64,000 bases of DNA. Origin: Eukaryota sp. TZLM1-RC (taxonomy: Eukaryota > Protista > Metamonada: BaSk clade). The DNA is taken from positions 868,001 through 932,000 of the forward strand of contig JAUPSS010000001.1 in the NCBI GenBank assembly GCA_040285825.1. Reading direction: 5' to 3'. Made by a program: the position numbers and the translations under genes. Positions 11,801 through 23,937 of the stretch are shown one piece after another. How positions within the stretch are numbered: position 1 is the stretch's first letter; every line of letters begins with the position of its first letter. Under the pieces are notes generated by a model. The model was not told where the DNA came from, did no database searches, and was given only the letters and a program-made list of their open reading frames with translations.

Positions 11801-14557
11801 GATCAATATCATTCTTACTACTCGGCGCTCAAATTATCAGCTTCACTATTGGATTTCATTGTCCACGGCATCTCTTCTTCTTTGGATGTATTGGTTTACT
11901 CTGCTTCCTTCAAAAGATATCTTTCTTCAGTTAAAACCAGCAGAGATTTGGCCATTCAACGAGTCTTGGATGATGAAAAGTTAAGTAAGCTTAGGCGGGA
12001 AAGGATTTTAAAGCAACAGTTAACAGAGAAGGAAGCTACTGAAAGCAGATTGGAAATGTTAAAGTCCAAAAGACTTGGTAAAAGAGATACATCAGCTCGT
12101 CAAATATTTGAAGAAGAGATCAAAGCACATCAAGACGTTTTAAGTGACTTGTCAAGTAGTGCAGAAGAGATCAAAAAGGATCATGATGACCTGTCAGGTC
12201 AAGAGAAGTCAAGTGACGTTGACGTATCTACTGATCAGAAACTTGATGAAGAGGTCACACCAGATCAAGATGACACGTCTGAGCCTCAACCATCATTTTT
12301 ACTTCGAATGGCAACCAAACTTCAGTCAATCATTTTGAACTTCTTCAATATCAACATTTCTGACCTACCACCACGTCATCAAACGTCACCATTACGTTGG
12401 TTAAAGCACAATATCTATAGATACTCTTCTGTATTGTCTTGCTTGCTTTGCTATCTCGCTGCTTTGTGGTTTCCTTCAATTCCCACCGTGATGATTGCTT
12501 TCACCACGATCACTTTTGGTTTAATGTCCAAATATGGAGGCAAAGCTAGGTTTTGGCAGTTTATTTTGGGAATTTATCTATCTTTATTATTAATCCATTA
12601 CATTTTCACCTTTCCTTTCTTTTGTTTTTGTGTTTCGCCATCAGATTCAATTACCATTTCCTTTGGTAAGTCATGTCTAGATCCCACCAAGTGTCCTGTT
12701 CCAAGGGAGCTTATCGATCCATCAAGTCACCCCTCAGCCCTAAGTTCGCAACTCATTTACCTTGTTGGTATTGCTCCTATTGGTAGCTTCCTCTTCTCCT
12801 ACCCTCCCTTGCTGATTGCTGCATTGGGTATCGTTCTTCATCGTTCTATCTCGTTTAGAATGGGCAGGTGGGGAATTGATGTAGAGGAGAGAGTTGGGGT
12901 TCGTCAAGTTTGGGGTAGGGTCGTGGTCTTCTTCAAGACTCTAATGGAGAAGCGTTTCGACGCTATTGGAGTAGACCTCTACCCATTTATGTTTTTTATT
13001 GATATACTTCAGTTAATTGCGCTTCCATTTGCCTTTTTTAGTAGCTCAACAGCTTCCCAGTCGGTAATCCAATCAGTCCAGCTCAGTTATTTACCTGGTT
13101 TCCTTGCAATTTGGTTGATTGTTCAGTTTCTGTTAATCATTATTGATAGAACTCTTTTCTATTTGAGATTCGCAAGACTAAAAGCTCTGATTCATTTCAT
13201 TTCTAATTTCACTGTGTTAATTGTTTTTTGTTTAATTTTCCCCCGCAGTAATCACGAATTACCAATTAATGCACCTTTTCTCCTAGTCGCGGCATTTCTG
13301 CGGTTTGTGGCTGCCGTGTTGAGCTCTCTACAACTTCGTTTTGGTTTTCCGCCACCTTCTTCCAAAGCCTTTTTGATGAAGTCTTACGGTTCTTTTAATA
13401 ATTATGGATACCAAGCCTTTAGAGTCATTCCTTTTCTTTATGAAATGAAATGTTTGTTGGATTGGTCTTTGACTACTACTGCATTGGAATTTAATTACTG
13501 GATGCGAATAGAAGATATTTATTCTTCACTGTTCTTAATCAAATGCAGAAGGTTATCTACAGCGAAAAGGGGTCGAAATTTTGGTGACCCACAACCAAAA
13601 TTTGACAAATTTTCGCAAGGTTTTCTTTTGTTTTTCGGTCTTACGCTCTTATTATGTTTGCCCTTAATTTTATTTAGTTCTGCTAACCCAGTCTCCAAAC
13701 CAAACCCTATCCAACAGGCCAGTATTGATGTAAGTTTCAATAACTACTTGCCCATTTTCTCTCAGCATGAAGTGCACAAAGTCGATGTTATCCCGGCTAC
13801 ACAATACAATGCAATTGTTAGCCATCACTCCTTGCTCCGTGATTCCAACCGTGCAGATGTAAGAAAGATTACCTTTTTCACTTCATCTGATTCTGTGTGG
13901 ACCATTGCTCCTCCTGCCATGAACGGGCTAGTAGAAGCTTTGGAGGATGGAAGGGGAATAGTATCTGTTACTTTGTCGTTTAACAGACACTATCCAAGCG
14001 ATAGGAGGACAGCAAAGGGATGGTACTCGTTCAATTTAGATCATGAACATTGTTTAGAGTTGGCCAAGTTATTTTCTGGTGATTTAGAAGAAGTAACAAT
14101 ACCTTTACTTCCAAGAGCTGCATTAATTCCTCTGGCCGAATCACCAATCTTTTCTGATCAACGTGAGGATACTCTCATTCAGCGCAGAGAGCGTGACGGA
14201 CAGACTTATTGGTTGATCAAGGATGCTGATTCAAGAGAACCATTCTATATGTATACTTATAGTTTAGAATCGACCGCTGCACTTGGTGCTTATGCCAGCG
14301 GGGGTTTGATTGGATTGTATCTATCAATTGTGATTGGTGTTGGTAGGTTTGTTCGACTTTCATTTTCGGACAGCAAGTCCCAAATTTTTGTTTCAGCTCT
14401 CCCAAATGTGGATAAATTACTTGAAATCTGTGAGGATTTGTTCCTGGCCAGGAGTATCTCAGATTTGTTCCTTGAAGAATCAATTTACAAGGAAATCATT
14501 CAGATATATAGAGATCCAGATACTTTGATTGAATTAACCACACCACCAGTTAAATAG
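8848..14557 (+). CDS. Piezo-type mechanosensitive channel (5' part frameshifted; 10904-14557 open)
   Basis: IPFLYEMKCLLDWSLTTTAL..WMRIEDIY, GLIGLYLSIVIGVGRFVR and LEESIYKEIIQIYRDP are Piezo C-terminal motifs; many TM segments; hydrophobic ORF pieces run upstream to the ATG at 8848. Confidence 0.88.
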
Positions 14558-15711
14558 TTATTGGTGATAGGTAGTTAATTTAAATAGTGTTTTCGTGCTA
14601 TATCTTTTGAATAAATAAAACAGTATCTTTTTTGAGCTACTGTCTCGTTATCCGCTACGTTAACTCCAATAATCAATTTCAACAAAATGGTTTTAAAACA
14701 AGCTTTTCATGGGATGGATGCTCTTTAATTGAGCGACTTTTGAGCGTTAAACAAAGCTTTTTCCTACTGTATTTGGAATGGTAGCATCCGGTACAAGACG
14801 TGATGTGAAGTAATGTCAAATACTACAATGTTGTGAATTTCCAGATGATAGAAGAAAAAATGGCTACCAAAAACACATGAAACTTCTGTTGATGATACAG
14901 CATATTTATTGGTATTCAGCTCAAAAATCAGAATAATAACAAGTAAACTCTCACCAATTTTAAGGGGCATTGTTATTGCACAAACTACCTAACAACTCTT
15001 CGAAAATTGAGAAAAAAGGCACACAGTGTTTTTTCCCTATTTTTTTGGATTCAACAAACATTGAAATCAGCAGTGATTTAATTTCTCGATTTTGCATTTA
15101 CTGTCTATGTGTATGTAAGGTTGTCAAAACACAACGGAATTAATCATGAAAAATAAAGTTTGAACTTCTTGGATACAAATTTGGACTCCTTGTGACTGAA
15201 ATTGACTGAGGAAATTTTGAAGTTGCAATTCCCAAAAAATTGGACAATTGAACTGCGAAGACTAAAAAGATGTTGTGCAAGCAGCCAAGTTATAAAAATG
15301 GACATAAAATTCTTATTGATCAGTGTTCCGGCCATACAAACAAAACTAGAATTTTAGATCATCTTTTGTCTATTTGTAAACACAAAATTCTCTTTCGAAT
15401 GTGGTTGTTTTTGGGGTTGAATAGAATTGAACGTTCTTTTGCTCAAGTTCAACACCATTGTCAGTATTTTTGAACTGCAAAAATATGGTGAGAAGACGCT
15501 ACTACCTTGAATTCTCAAAATATTTTTTTTTCACATTTTCAGTAGATTGGATGTCGGTACACAGACAGACAACCATGAATGTTGCTTAATATCATTTCAC
15601 TAACAAACTTAATTTCAAACTGCTTTAAAAACCGGCAACTGTTCAAAAATTATCGTAGTAAAGTTAAATTCTTCATTTTATAGTTCTAGTGTAGCTTCTG
15701 AAATACTTCTG

Positions 15712-15790
15712 AAATACGCCAACTCTTGATGAATCCTTATAAAGTTTGGACATCATTAAACTCAAGTACTTGGGAACATTGCTGTACGAG
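15712..15790 (-). mobile_element. Short LINE family A 3' end fragment
   Basis: VPKYLSLMMSKLYKDSSRVGV matches 33393-33470. Confidence 0.75.
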
Positions 15791-16109
15791 GCGTGGGAAT
15801 AGAAAGTTGTTCGGGGAGGAGCTGTGGAAAGGCGTGATTGGCCAAAGGTTTGCTTGGAGGGAAGTCTTGGATTGTAATACACGGGTCCAGGTGTATGAAG
15901 TCTTTGCTTAAAGTGTCATTTTCATTATGGGGATTCTCATGTAGCACGATATGTCCAAAATTGAGTAATAAATGGTGGTCTAGATGGGGCACGTATAGAA
16001 TGTAACAAATATATGAAATATGTTGTGTGAAATGGCACCTAGCAACGATGATCAAAGGGAAATAGAAATTATTCATTGGCAATTTTGGAAATTATCTTGT
16101 TTTCTCACA

Positions 16110-18746
16110 ATGCTCTCGTGTCCACATTGTTCAATGGATTTCAATGAAGAGTCTCGTGTGCCACTGGTTGTTTGCAGTCAGCGCCATAGTGTATGCGGTG
16201 TATGCTCTGATGCTGTGGAATCCTGTCCGATCTGCAATGAAGATATCCTGCCGTCACCGGAAGTCAACATCAGTTTGCGCGATATAGCCAAAGCTTCTTG
16301 CAAGGAGGACCTCTGTGTACACATTCCCTCTAACCAGGTCAAACTGTTGCACATGATTGGTCAAGGAGGATATGCCCAGGTGTTTGCTGCTTCTTGGTTT
16401 GATTCAGACGTCGCCGCCAAGACTGTTGCTCTCACAGAAGAAGGTAAGAAACGACTGAGGAAAGAGATTGGTATCATGGCCAAGATTGATCATCCCTTTA
16501 TCCTCCGTGTTTTTGGTCTGGTCAGCTTAATGGACAGACTTGCCATAATTATGGAACTTGCTGAAGGTTCTCTGTCAGTGCCGTCAAGGTTGACTAAACA
16601 AAGTCTCTTGTTTGCCAAGAAGATCTGCCAGGCAGTCCGTTTCCTGCACTCCAAATCACTTGCGCATGGAGATCTCAAGCCCGAAAACATTCTTTTTGTC
16701 AATGGACAAGTGAAATTAGCCGATTTTGGAACATCCAGGACTGTTGCCAAGACTTCCACGGCCACCAATCTATCATGTACAGCTCGGTATGCAGCCTTGG
16801 AACAGTTTGAGAACAAATTGTCTCTTGCCTCAGACATCTATGCAATTGGAATCATCCTTTGTGAGTTACTCTGCAATTATAGACCATTTGTCAATATGGA
16901 TCAGATTGCCATAATGGGAGCTAAGTATTTCAAGACACCATTTGCTTTGGGTGAACACGTTCCCAGTGTGCTCAAAGAATTAATCGCCCAGTGTTGCTCT
17001 TCAGATCCAGCTGCCAGACCAAGTATTGCTCAAGTTCTTCTAGTTTTGGATCAATTGGATGACTTTGCTGAAGAAGGTGATGAAAATCCTATTAATATTA
17101 ACAATGATGTTCAAACGCAACTGCAATCTGCAAACTCCACAATCGAGTCTCTACGAAAGAATGTTGCTGATTTGGAGGCTTCCAATCAACAACTCACCAA
17201 CGATTTGACAGAACGGGATTCCAGAATTGCCTGGTTGGAAGAAGAAAAAGCCGGTATCAATGCCTCCAATCAACACCTCAGTCACTCTTTGGAAGAACGT
17301 GATGCTAGAATTGCCACCATGGAAGAAGCTTTAAATGCCAGCAAGGCCGGTATTGCTGAGAAAGATACAGGAATTGCCAACCTTAGATCTACCATTGATG
17401 AATTGGAAAAGCAAAATACTCTACTCAGTAGAACTAATTCTGACTTAGCAAGCAGAATTGCTGACCTTGAAGCGTTGTTGAGAGAGTGTCATTGTAATCA
17501 ACCTTTGAACAATATCGATGATCATCATCCTCCATCTAAGGAAGAAATTTTGGAAGACATAAAGTCGAATGTAAATTGGAATGGATTGGGAGATGAGGTG
17601 AGGAAGGGTGTTGAGGGTTTGGTTGATGGTTCTATCACTAAATTGCATCTTCGGCACAACAACATTACCTCTGAAGGCGCTAGTGCTCTCGCCCGTGCTC
17701 TGGAGAGCAATTCCACTCTGACTGAATTGTATCTTGGGTTCAACAACATTACCTCTGAAGGCGCTAGTGCTCTCGCCCGTGCTCTGGAGAGCAATTCCAC
17801 TCTGACTGAATTGAATCTTTTGGGCAACAACATTACCTCTGAAGGCGCTAGTGCTCTCGCCCATGCTCTGGAGAGCAATTCCTCTCTGACTACATTGAAT
17901 TTTGGGGGAAACAACATTACCGCTGAAGGCGCTAGTGCTCTCGCCAGTGCTCTGGAGAGCAATTCCACTCTGACTACATTGTATCTTGAGACCAACAAAA
18001 TTACCTCTGAAGGCGTTAGTGCTCTCGCCCGTGCTCTGGAGAGGAATTCCACTCTGACTAAATTGTATCTTGTGAGCAACAACATTACCACTGAAGGCGC
18101 CTGTGCTCTCGCCCGTGCTCTGGAGAGGAATTCCACTCTGACTATATTGCATCTTCAGTCCAACAACATTACCGCTGAAGGCGCTAGTGCTCTCGCCCGT
18201 GCTCTGGAGAGCAATTCCACTCTGACTGAATTGTATCTTCGGTACAACAACATTACCTCTGAAGGCGCTAGTGCTCTCGCCCATGCTCTGGAGAGCAATT
18301 CCACTCTGACTATATTGAATCTTGACTCCAACAACATTACCTCTGAAGGCGCTAGTGCTCTCGCCCGTGCTCTGGAGAGCAATTCCACTCTGACTACATT
18401 GGATCTTGGGTTCAACATCATTACCGATGAAGGCGCTAGTGCTCTCGCCCGTGCTATGGAGAGGAATTCCACTTTGACTACATTGGATCTTCACAACAAC
18501 CAAATCACCGATGAAGGTGCTGGTGCTCTCGCCCGTGCATTGGAGAGCAATTCCACTCTGACTAAATTGGATCTTTGGCGCAACAACATTACCGCTAAAG
18601 GCGCTAGTGCTCTCGCCCGTGCATTGGAGAGCAATTGCACTCTGACTACATTGTATCTTGGGGGCAACAACTTTAGCAATTCAACCAAATCCAAACTTCA
18701 ACAAATAGAATCTAATCGTCCTTCTCTTCAGATTTTCCTTGAATAA
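16110..18746 (+). CDS. RING-like zinc finger + protein kinase + coiled coil + 13 RI-like LRRs
   Basis: CPHC..C..H.VCGVC..CPIC; GQGGYAQV, VAAK, HGDLKPEN, DFG; 28-aa LRRs; likely start MLSCPHC at 16110. Confidence 0.92.
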   Translation: MLSCPHCSMDFNEESRVPLVVCSQRHSVCGVCSDAVESCPICNEDILPSPEVNISLRDIAKASCKEDLCVHIPSNQVKLLHMIGQGGYAQVFAASWFDSDVAAKTVALTEEGKKRLRKEIGIMAKIDHPFILRVFGLVSLMDRLAIIMELAEGSLSVPSRLTKQSLLFAKKICQAVRFLHSKSLAHGDLKPENILFVNGQVKLADFGTSRTVAKTSTATNLSCTARYAALEQFENKLSLASDIYAIGIILCELLCNYRPFVNMDQIAIMGAKYFKTPFALGEHVPSVLKELIAQCCSSDPAARPSIAQVLLVLDQLDDFAEEGDENPININNDVQTQLQSANSTIESLRKNVADLEASNQQLTNDLTERDSRIAWLEEEKAGINASNQHLSHSLEERDARIATMEEALNASKAGIAEKDTGIANLRSTIDELEKQNTLLSRTNSDLASRIADLEALLRECHCNQPLNNIDDHHPPSKEEILEDIKSNVNWNGLGDEVRKGVEGLVDGSITKLHLRHNNITSEGASALARALESNSTLTELYLGFNNITSEGASALARALESNSTLTELNLLGNNITSEGASALAHALESNSSLTTLNFGGNNITAEGASALASALESNSTLTTLYLETNKITSEGVSALARALERNSTLTKLYLVSNNITTEGACALARALERNSTLTILHLQSNNITAEGASALARALESNSTLTELYLRYNNITSEGASALAHALESNSTLTILNLDSNNITSEGASALARALESNSTLTTLDLGFNIITDEGASALARAMERNSTLTTLDLHNNQITDEGAGALARALESNSTLTKLDLWRNNITAKGASALARALESNCTLTTLYLGGNNFSNSTKSKLQQIESNRPSLQIFLE
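17637..18675 (+). repeat. 84-bp tandem LRR array, 13 variable heads
   Basis: Near-identical framework ATTACCTCTGAAGGCGCTAGTGCTCTCGCCCGTGCTCTGGAGAGCAATTCCACTCTGACT between variable xLxLxxN codons. Confidence 0.95.
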
Positions 18747-18853
18747 ACACATTTCAATCACTTTTATTGTCAACACAAAACCAATTACAAAAATCGTCCA
18801 ACACCAACACAAATCAAAACCCAATATAAACTAGAAAAAACAACATTCATAAC

Positions 18854-19045
18854 TGCCAACATCGTAGTCCAGTGGGTTTGCTCTTCGTTCTCTGCTTTGG
18901 CAACAGGGTTCGAATCCTATCTGCTGTACTTCTGGCAAAAGGGGACCCCAAAGTGGGAGCCAGCATTTCCTTTCCCACTTTCCGGGTCTGACTGCATGGT
19001 GCTTGATCAATGAGGGTGATTCTGAAGATTGGGCATTTTAGGTTT
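18854..19045 (+). ncRNA. tRNA-derived Pol III element (SINE-like or small ncRNA)
   Basis: A-box TAGTCCAGTGG at 18865-18875 and B-box GGTTCGAATCC at 18907-18917, 42 nt apart as in tRNA; hairpin AAAGTGGGA..TCCCACTTT; T-runs near 19036-19047. Confidence 0.6.
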
Positions 19046-20547
19046 TTGTGGATCTTGATTTTGCATGTTATTCGCAAAAATTTCCTTTTGTGAGAAATTG
19101 TTACTGTAATTTTTTAACAAATATATATTTATTTTCTGCGAATAATCAAGTCAAATCAAAAGAAACTAAAACACACAAGAAACAAAACTATTTGGGAACA
19201 CTTCTATACAAAGCAAAAATGATACGATTCATCCATAAATTCCCTGCAAAATTGTTACTACTTGAACGACACAAATTACCAAAAATCATTGATAAAATTC
19301 AAGGCGGATTGTCCAATGTTGCCAAAAATCGAAAAGACAAAAGGAACAAACGAAAACTTTGAGTAAAGATTCTTATTTAAATCATTTAATATCGCAGTAT
19401 ATTTACCTCTTTTTCGGTTTTCACTAAGTAAAACATCATCACAATAAAAAAAAGCAAAGGTATCTCTTGATCATCAGAATCGAGACTAAAACAATTATTG
19501 TTTCCAGACGCATGTGTGGAAATTTTTTTAAACTCTTGAGGAACTTCGTAATTGACTTGGCCTTTTTTTGTGAATCTTGTAAAGCTATAGATTGTTCAAA
19601 ATATTATACGTGTTACAGCACAGGTAACTCCTCTATCTTCTATCTTCCTTTTCAATTTGCTTCTGGAAATTTACTAATAATTTAAAAGAAGGAATATGGG
19701 ATATCACACGGTTATGGAAATTTGTTTGCTTAAAGCTAAAACAGTATTGTCTTACAACTCCAAAAATACTTGAAAATACTAACGGAAACTGTTGCAGAGT
19801 TTATACCGGTTTAAAATTCGAATCAGATTTTTTGATCACTTAGAATTGTTGCAAAACCTGTATTGTTCTTCGATCGTGAACAAGACAAATTGTTAAATAA
19901 CATGCTCTTAATTGAACGTATTTTATTGTTCTAGTGTTCTAGTGTTTTATTCTAAGTGTTTCAAGAATATTCAGTTAACCAGAGAACGATCTTTATGAAG
20001 AGCTATCAAAATTGCCACTTCATAATCCTTTATAGACTGGTTTTACTTATAAATTTTGTTTTGTCAAATTCGATTTAAAATAGGAATTTATGCAAAATTC
20101 ATCACTATTTCACAATGTTTGCAAAATTCCGATCTCCTTTGATGAAAAGAGTAAAATTAAAGAGTACAACGTACCCTTATCGTAGGTAGGATGTGTTGCG
20201 CATGTTAAGTATTATTATACAATTTTTATGGCTCACAGCAAACGCTTATCAAAGAAGATTGTAATTTCATATTATCTGGTGTCAATAAGATTATCCGTTG
20301 TGTCCTATCTTTTTATGCTTTGCTATTCATCCTTTAATGAATGAATTAATACAAGAATTTCAAGCTATTCAAATTACTGCTTATATAAATGAAATTTTAA
20401 TTATTGGTCCAATTGCTTCATTGAGAAAAATTGTTAGAATTGTTCAACAACTATTATCAAATTAGTCTTTCCTTAAATATTTCTAAATGCTTGTTGATTG
20501 GTAAAGAGATTGCTGAACTGGTTATTGATGATCAAATTGTTCCTGAT

Positions 20548-21535
20548 GAACAAATTTCCTAAGAAATTTGTTCTCAAAGTATTGAATTGACGTGCAGAAT
20601 CATGAGAAATTGTGGGAGATGAAGAACGAAGAAGATGATTAATTTTTGATCCAAAACATACATTTAGAACCGAAAACGCTAAATGTTTGTCAATTTCTAG
20701 ATCTTGAATAGCCAAAGTTGCTCTTCGATTTTTTTCAAAATACCTGACAAAATCGAATTAACTTTTTCACAAGTTCCAAATTTAAAGCCAAGAAAACGAA
20801 TAACATTTTCTTCATAATCAAAGTATTTGATATATGTTTCATTAAATGCTACCCCAGCATCCTGATTACCAATAGTGAAACACTTGGGCAATTTTATATC
20901 TAACACTTTTTGGACAGGACAACGAAATGTTGTACCCGTGCTGTAGAAGAAACAAAGGGCCGATAAGTGATAAATCATCTGCATAAGCACATATATGAAT
21001 GTCAGGAAAATCCAACTTAAATTTTACCAAAATTGATTGCAGTGCTAAGCAAAAGAAAAATGGACCCAATGGATGGACCTCTTGACGAAACAATATACTG
21101 AGAATGAAAAATTAAGTAAGAGGGTGATCCATACATCAATTTCAAATACGTCAAAAGTGGAGAATAATGTAGTTTAAGTTATTGTAAAATACTTGAGCGA
21201 AAGACCGTGTTGAAAGCATTTTTAGAATCAATGTTCAATAAATAATTCTCGCCTTTTTAATTGAAAAATAAATCTGTACACAACGCAGCACAAATTGTGC
21301 CATCAGAAATGCCAATTGCAAACTGATAAGGACGAAAAAAATTAATTGCGGATGACTTAACTCTTTTAAAAGAAATAATTGCTGATAATCTCATTATGGA
21401 CTCACCAACAGCAATAGGTCTGACACCACCCCCAGGCTTACTTAAAACAACTAAACGAGATGCCGTTAACGCTTGTGGTAATTTGAAACGTCCCATGATA
21501 ACACTATTAAAAAGGAAAGCTAAATCATCCACGAT
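20548..21535 (-). mobile_element. Degenerate LINE family A RT fragment
   Basis: KPGGGVRPIAVGE, QFAIG, PLGPFFFCLAL, AYADD in broken frames. Confidence 0.85.
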
Positions 21536-21749
21536 TTATGCTTTTTTTCTTTTCTTTTTGTCTTTTGTATTTTTGGTCTGATTGCATGGTGCTTGATCAG
21601 TGAGGGTGATTCTGAAGATCGGGCATTTCAGGTTTTGGTGGATCTTGATTTTGCATGTTATTCGCAAAAATTTCCTTTTGTGAGAAATTGTTACTGTGAT
21701 TTTAACAACAATATTGATTTTCTACGCAGAATCAAATCAAATCAAAACA

Positions 21750-22533
21750 ATCTAAAGCACATAAGAAACAAAATTATTTGGGAACACTTCTGTAAAAAGC
21801 AAAAATGATACGATTCTTCCATAAATTCCCAACAAAATTGTTACCACTTGAACGACATCAATTACCAAATTCATTGATGAAATTCAAGGCGGATTGTCCA
21901 ATGTTGCCAAAAATCGAAAAGGCAAAAGGAACAAACGAAAACTTCGAATAAAGGTTCTTATTTAAATCATTTAATATCTCAGTATATTTATCTCTCTTAC
22001 GATCTTCAGCCTTGTTTAAATGGCCATTAGTACTAAGTAAAACATCATCGCGATAAAACAAAGCAAAAGGATCAACTGTAGTGAAATCAACAACAACTTG
22101 AGAGAAATCCACAATATTTCCATCTTTTGTGCATAACTTTTAATCCAATAAAGAATAAAATAATCAAATACACAACTAAAACTCCATATCCTCAAAGTGT
22201 GCCTCCTCTACCACAAAACAATCAATTACTAAAGATTCAGAATATTTCCCAAAAAAATGCAGAATGAATCAGAAATTAATTCACCATTCCCTTAAAAATA
22301 AATAATACAATCCGGTTTTGCCAGTAAACACACTTGAAAATTCTTCCAGTTCTTTCCTTTTCAACTACATCAAAATTCTTGACGGAGACCATTGCAGCCT
22401 TATCCAAAGACCCAAGCAAGGAAAAAACAAATGAACATAAAATGTATTGGGCATGTGAATATTCATTGACAAAAGAAGTATGTTTCACGAATTAAAAAAT
22501 TTTGTATTTTTCGCCACCAAGAAGAAGACTATT
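21750..22533 (-). mobile_element. LINE A 3' fragment followed by LINE B-like 3' fragment
   Basis: Duplicate of 1790-2580. Confidence 0.8.
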
Positions 22534-23040
22534 TGATGCCGTTAGGCAGATGAACACACGAAACAAAGAGAGAATTCTGAGTTTATAAAATTAATTCATA
22601 AACCAATATCACGAAGAAATCTACTAAATCAATTTAAGTTAAACAACAACACTTTTTTCCGTTTTTTTTGAAGACATTGAGCAATACATGAACACGGCAG
22701 AAAAAGAAGTTGTCCAATTTTTACGGTGATTTTTTTGACATCATTACACACAGTTCAAATGTACAATTGTTGGTATAAGTCGAGAAGTCGAGATGAACAG
22801 AATGACATAACATATATTATTGACATTATTAGTCTCAATAAACTAGAAGGAACCATCACATTCGCTACTCAAGAACAGCTAACCTGCATTCCAGGCTACA
22901 CCTTCGGTTGTTGTTGAATTAAAATTGATTTAGTAGGGTTCTTTGTATTTCGACTGATCACGTTATACTCGATTATGAATCAGTTATTAATAAACTTAGT
23001 GTTCTCTCTCCTTCGTGTGTTCATCTGCATAACGGCATCA
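22534..23040. mobile_element. Second TIR mini-element
   Basis: Same TGATGCCG...CGGCATCA inverted termini; near-identical to 2582-3087. Confidence 0.8.
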
Positions 23041-23279
23041 CCTTTTCATAGACAACGCAAAACTGAGTCAAAGTATATGATTTAATTATCTTACGTGTTT
23101 TAAAGACGTTCACAGATGTTTGGTCATCAAACATCTGTATATTTTTCAAATTTATCTCAACTAATACCACCCATAAAAAAACACCTGCAACCTCAAAGGT
23201 TTCGGAATAACAGAATGTGAATTTATGCATTTCCAATCAGCTCAATCAAAAAATGCCACCTCAAATATGAAACATATTA

Positions 23280-23460
23280 TATGAAACAAAAATCTTGGTT
23301 GTCGATAAAGACAGTGAAAAATCAACAGAACAAGAACTCACAGATGACTTGCTCTCAATCATTTATATCTTCAATTGCAGACAAATGGGTAGACGAAGGT
23401 ATAAAAGCACAAAAGGTGAGAATTTATCCATTGAGTTTACAGAAGAAAATTCTTCGTAAC
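23280..23460 (+). pseudogene. IS607 TnpA / TnpB-Fanzor2 remnant, copy 2
   Basis: Duplicate of 3327-3506. Confidence 0.72.
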
Positions 23461-23937
23461 ATTACCCATAAAGGAGAATTCCATTTTGCATCCCGCTCAT
23501 CATATCACAAACAAGACATTACCCCATTGGTTGCCCTAACTTTTGAGAGACAAACAAAGGCATTGGGTAGAGCATATTTGGAAGATGAAACTTATTCATA
23601 AATGTTTATTTCATTAATAAATTGAATTTCTATAATTGAACATCATACAATGCTTCACTGAACTTGAATTATGTCTTTACACCCAAGATCACCATTATAA
23701 ATACAACTGTCTAATATCAATTTTTCCTGTCAAAGTAGTTATACCAACATCCACACAGCAGAGATAACTCTATGATGGCGATTTGATCAATTCCTAGAGT
23801 ATGTGTACCTCAAAATATCAAAACCCATTAGAATGGTTTATGCCATTATCCTATATATATTAATGCGAGTGTGAGTGGGTTTTATATTCAATTAGTCTTT
23901 TCATAAAATAAATAACAGTGGTTTGATTGAATTCCTC

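Noticed and set aside
15270-15473. DDE transposase remnant (DQCSGHTNK; also ~63700)
   Set aside because: Only one weak motif in a heavily broken region; not enough to call.
17637-18675. CRISPR array or diversity-generating retroelement
   Set aside because: The repeats are in-frame protein repeats. No template repeat is visible, conserved AAC codons are mostly unchanged, and the local RTs are non-LTR or gypsy types rather than DGR RTs.
17445-18694. Long antisense ORFs over the LRR arrays (also 44674-45503)
   Set aside because: Shadow frames of a stop-poor 84-bp repeat.
18854-18940. Functional tRNA gene
   Set aside because: A/B boxes are present, but I could not fold convincing acceptor and anticodon stems.
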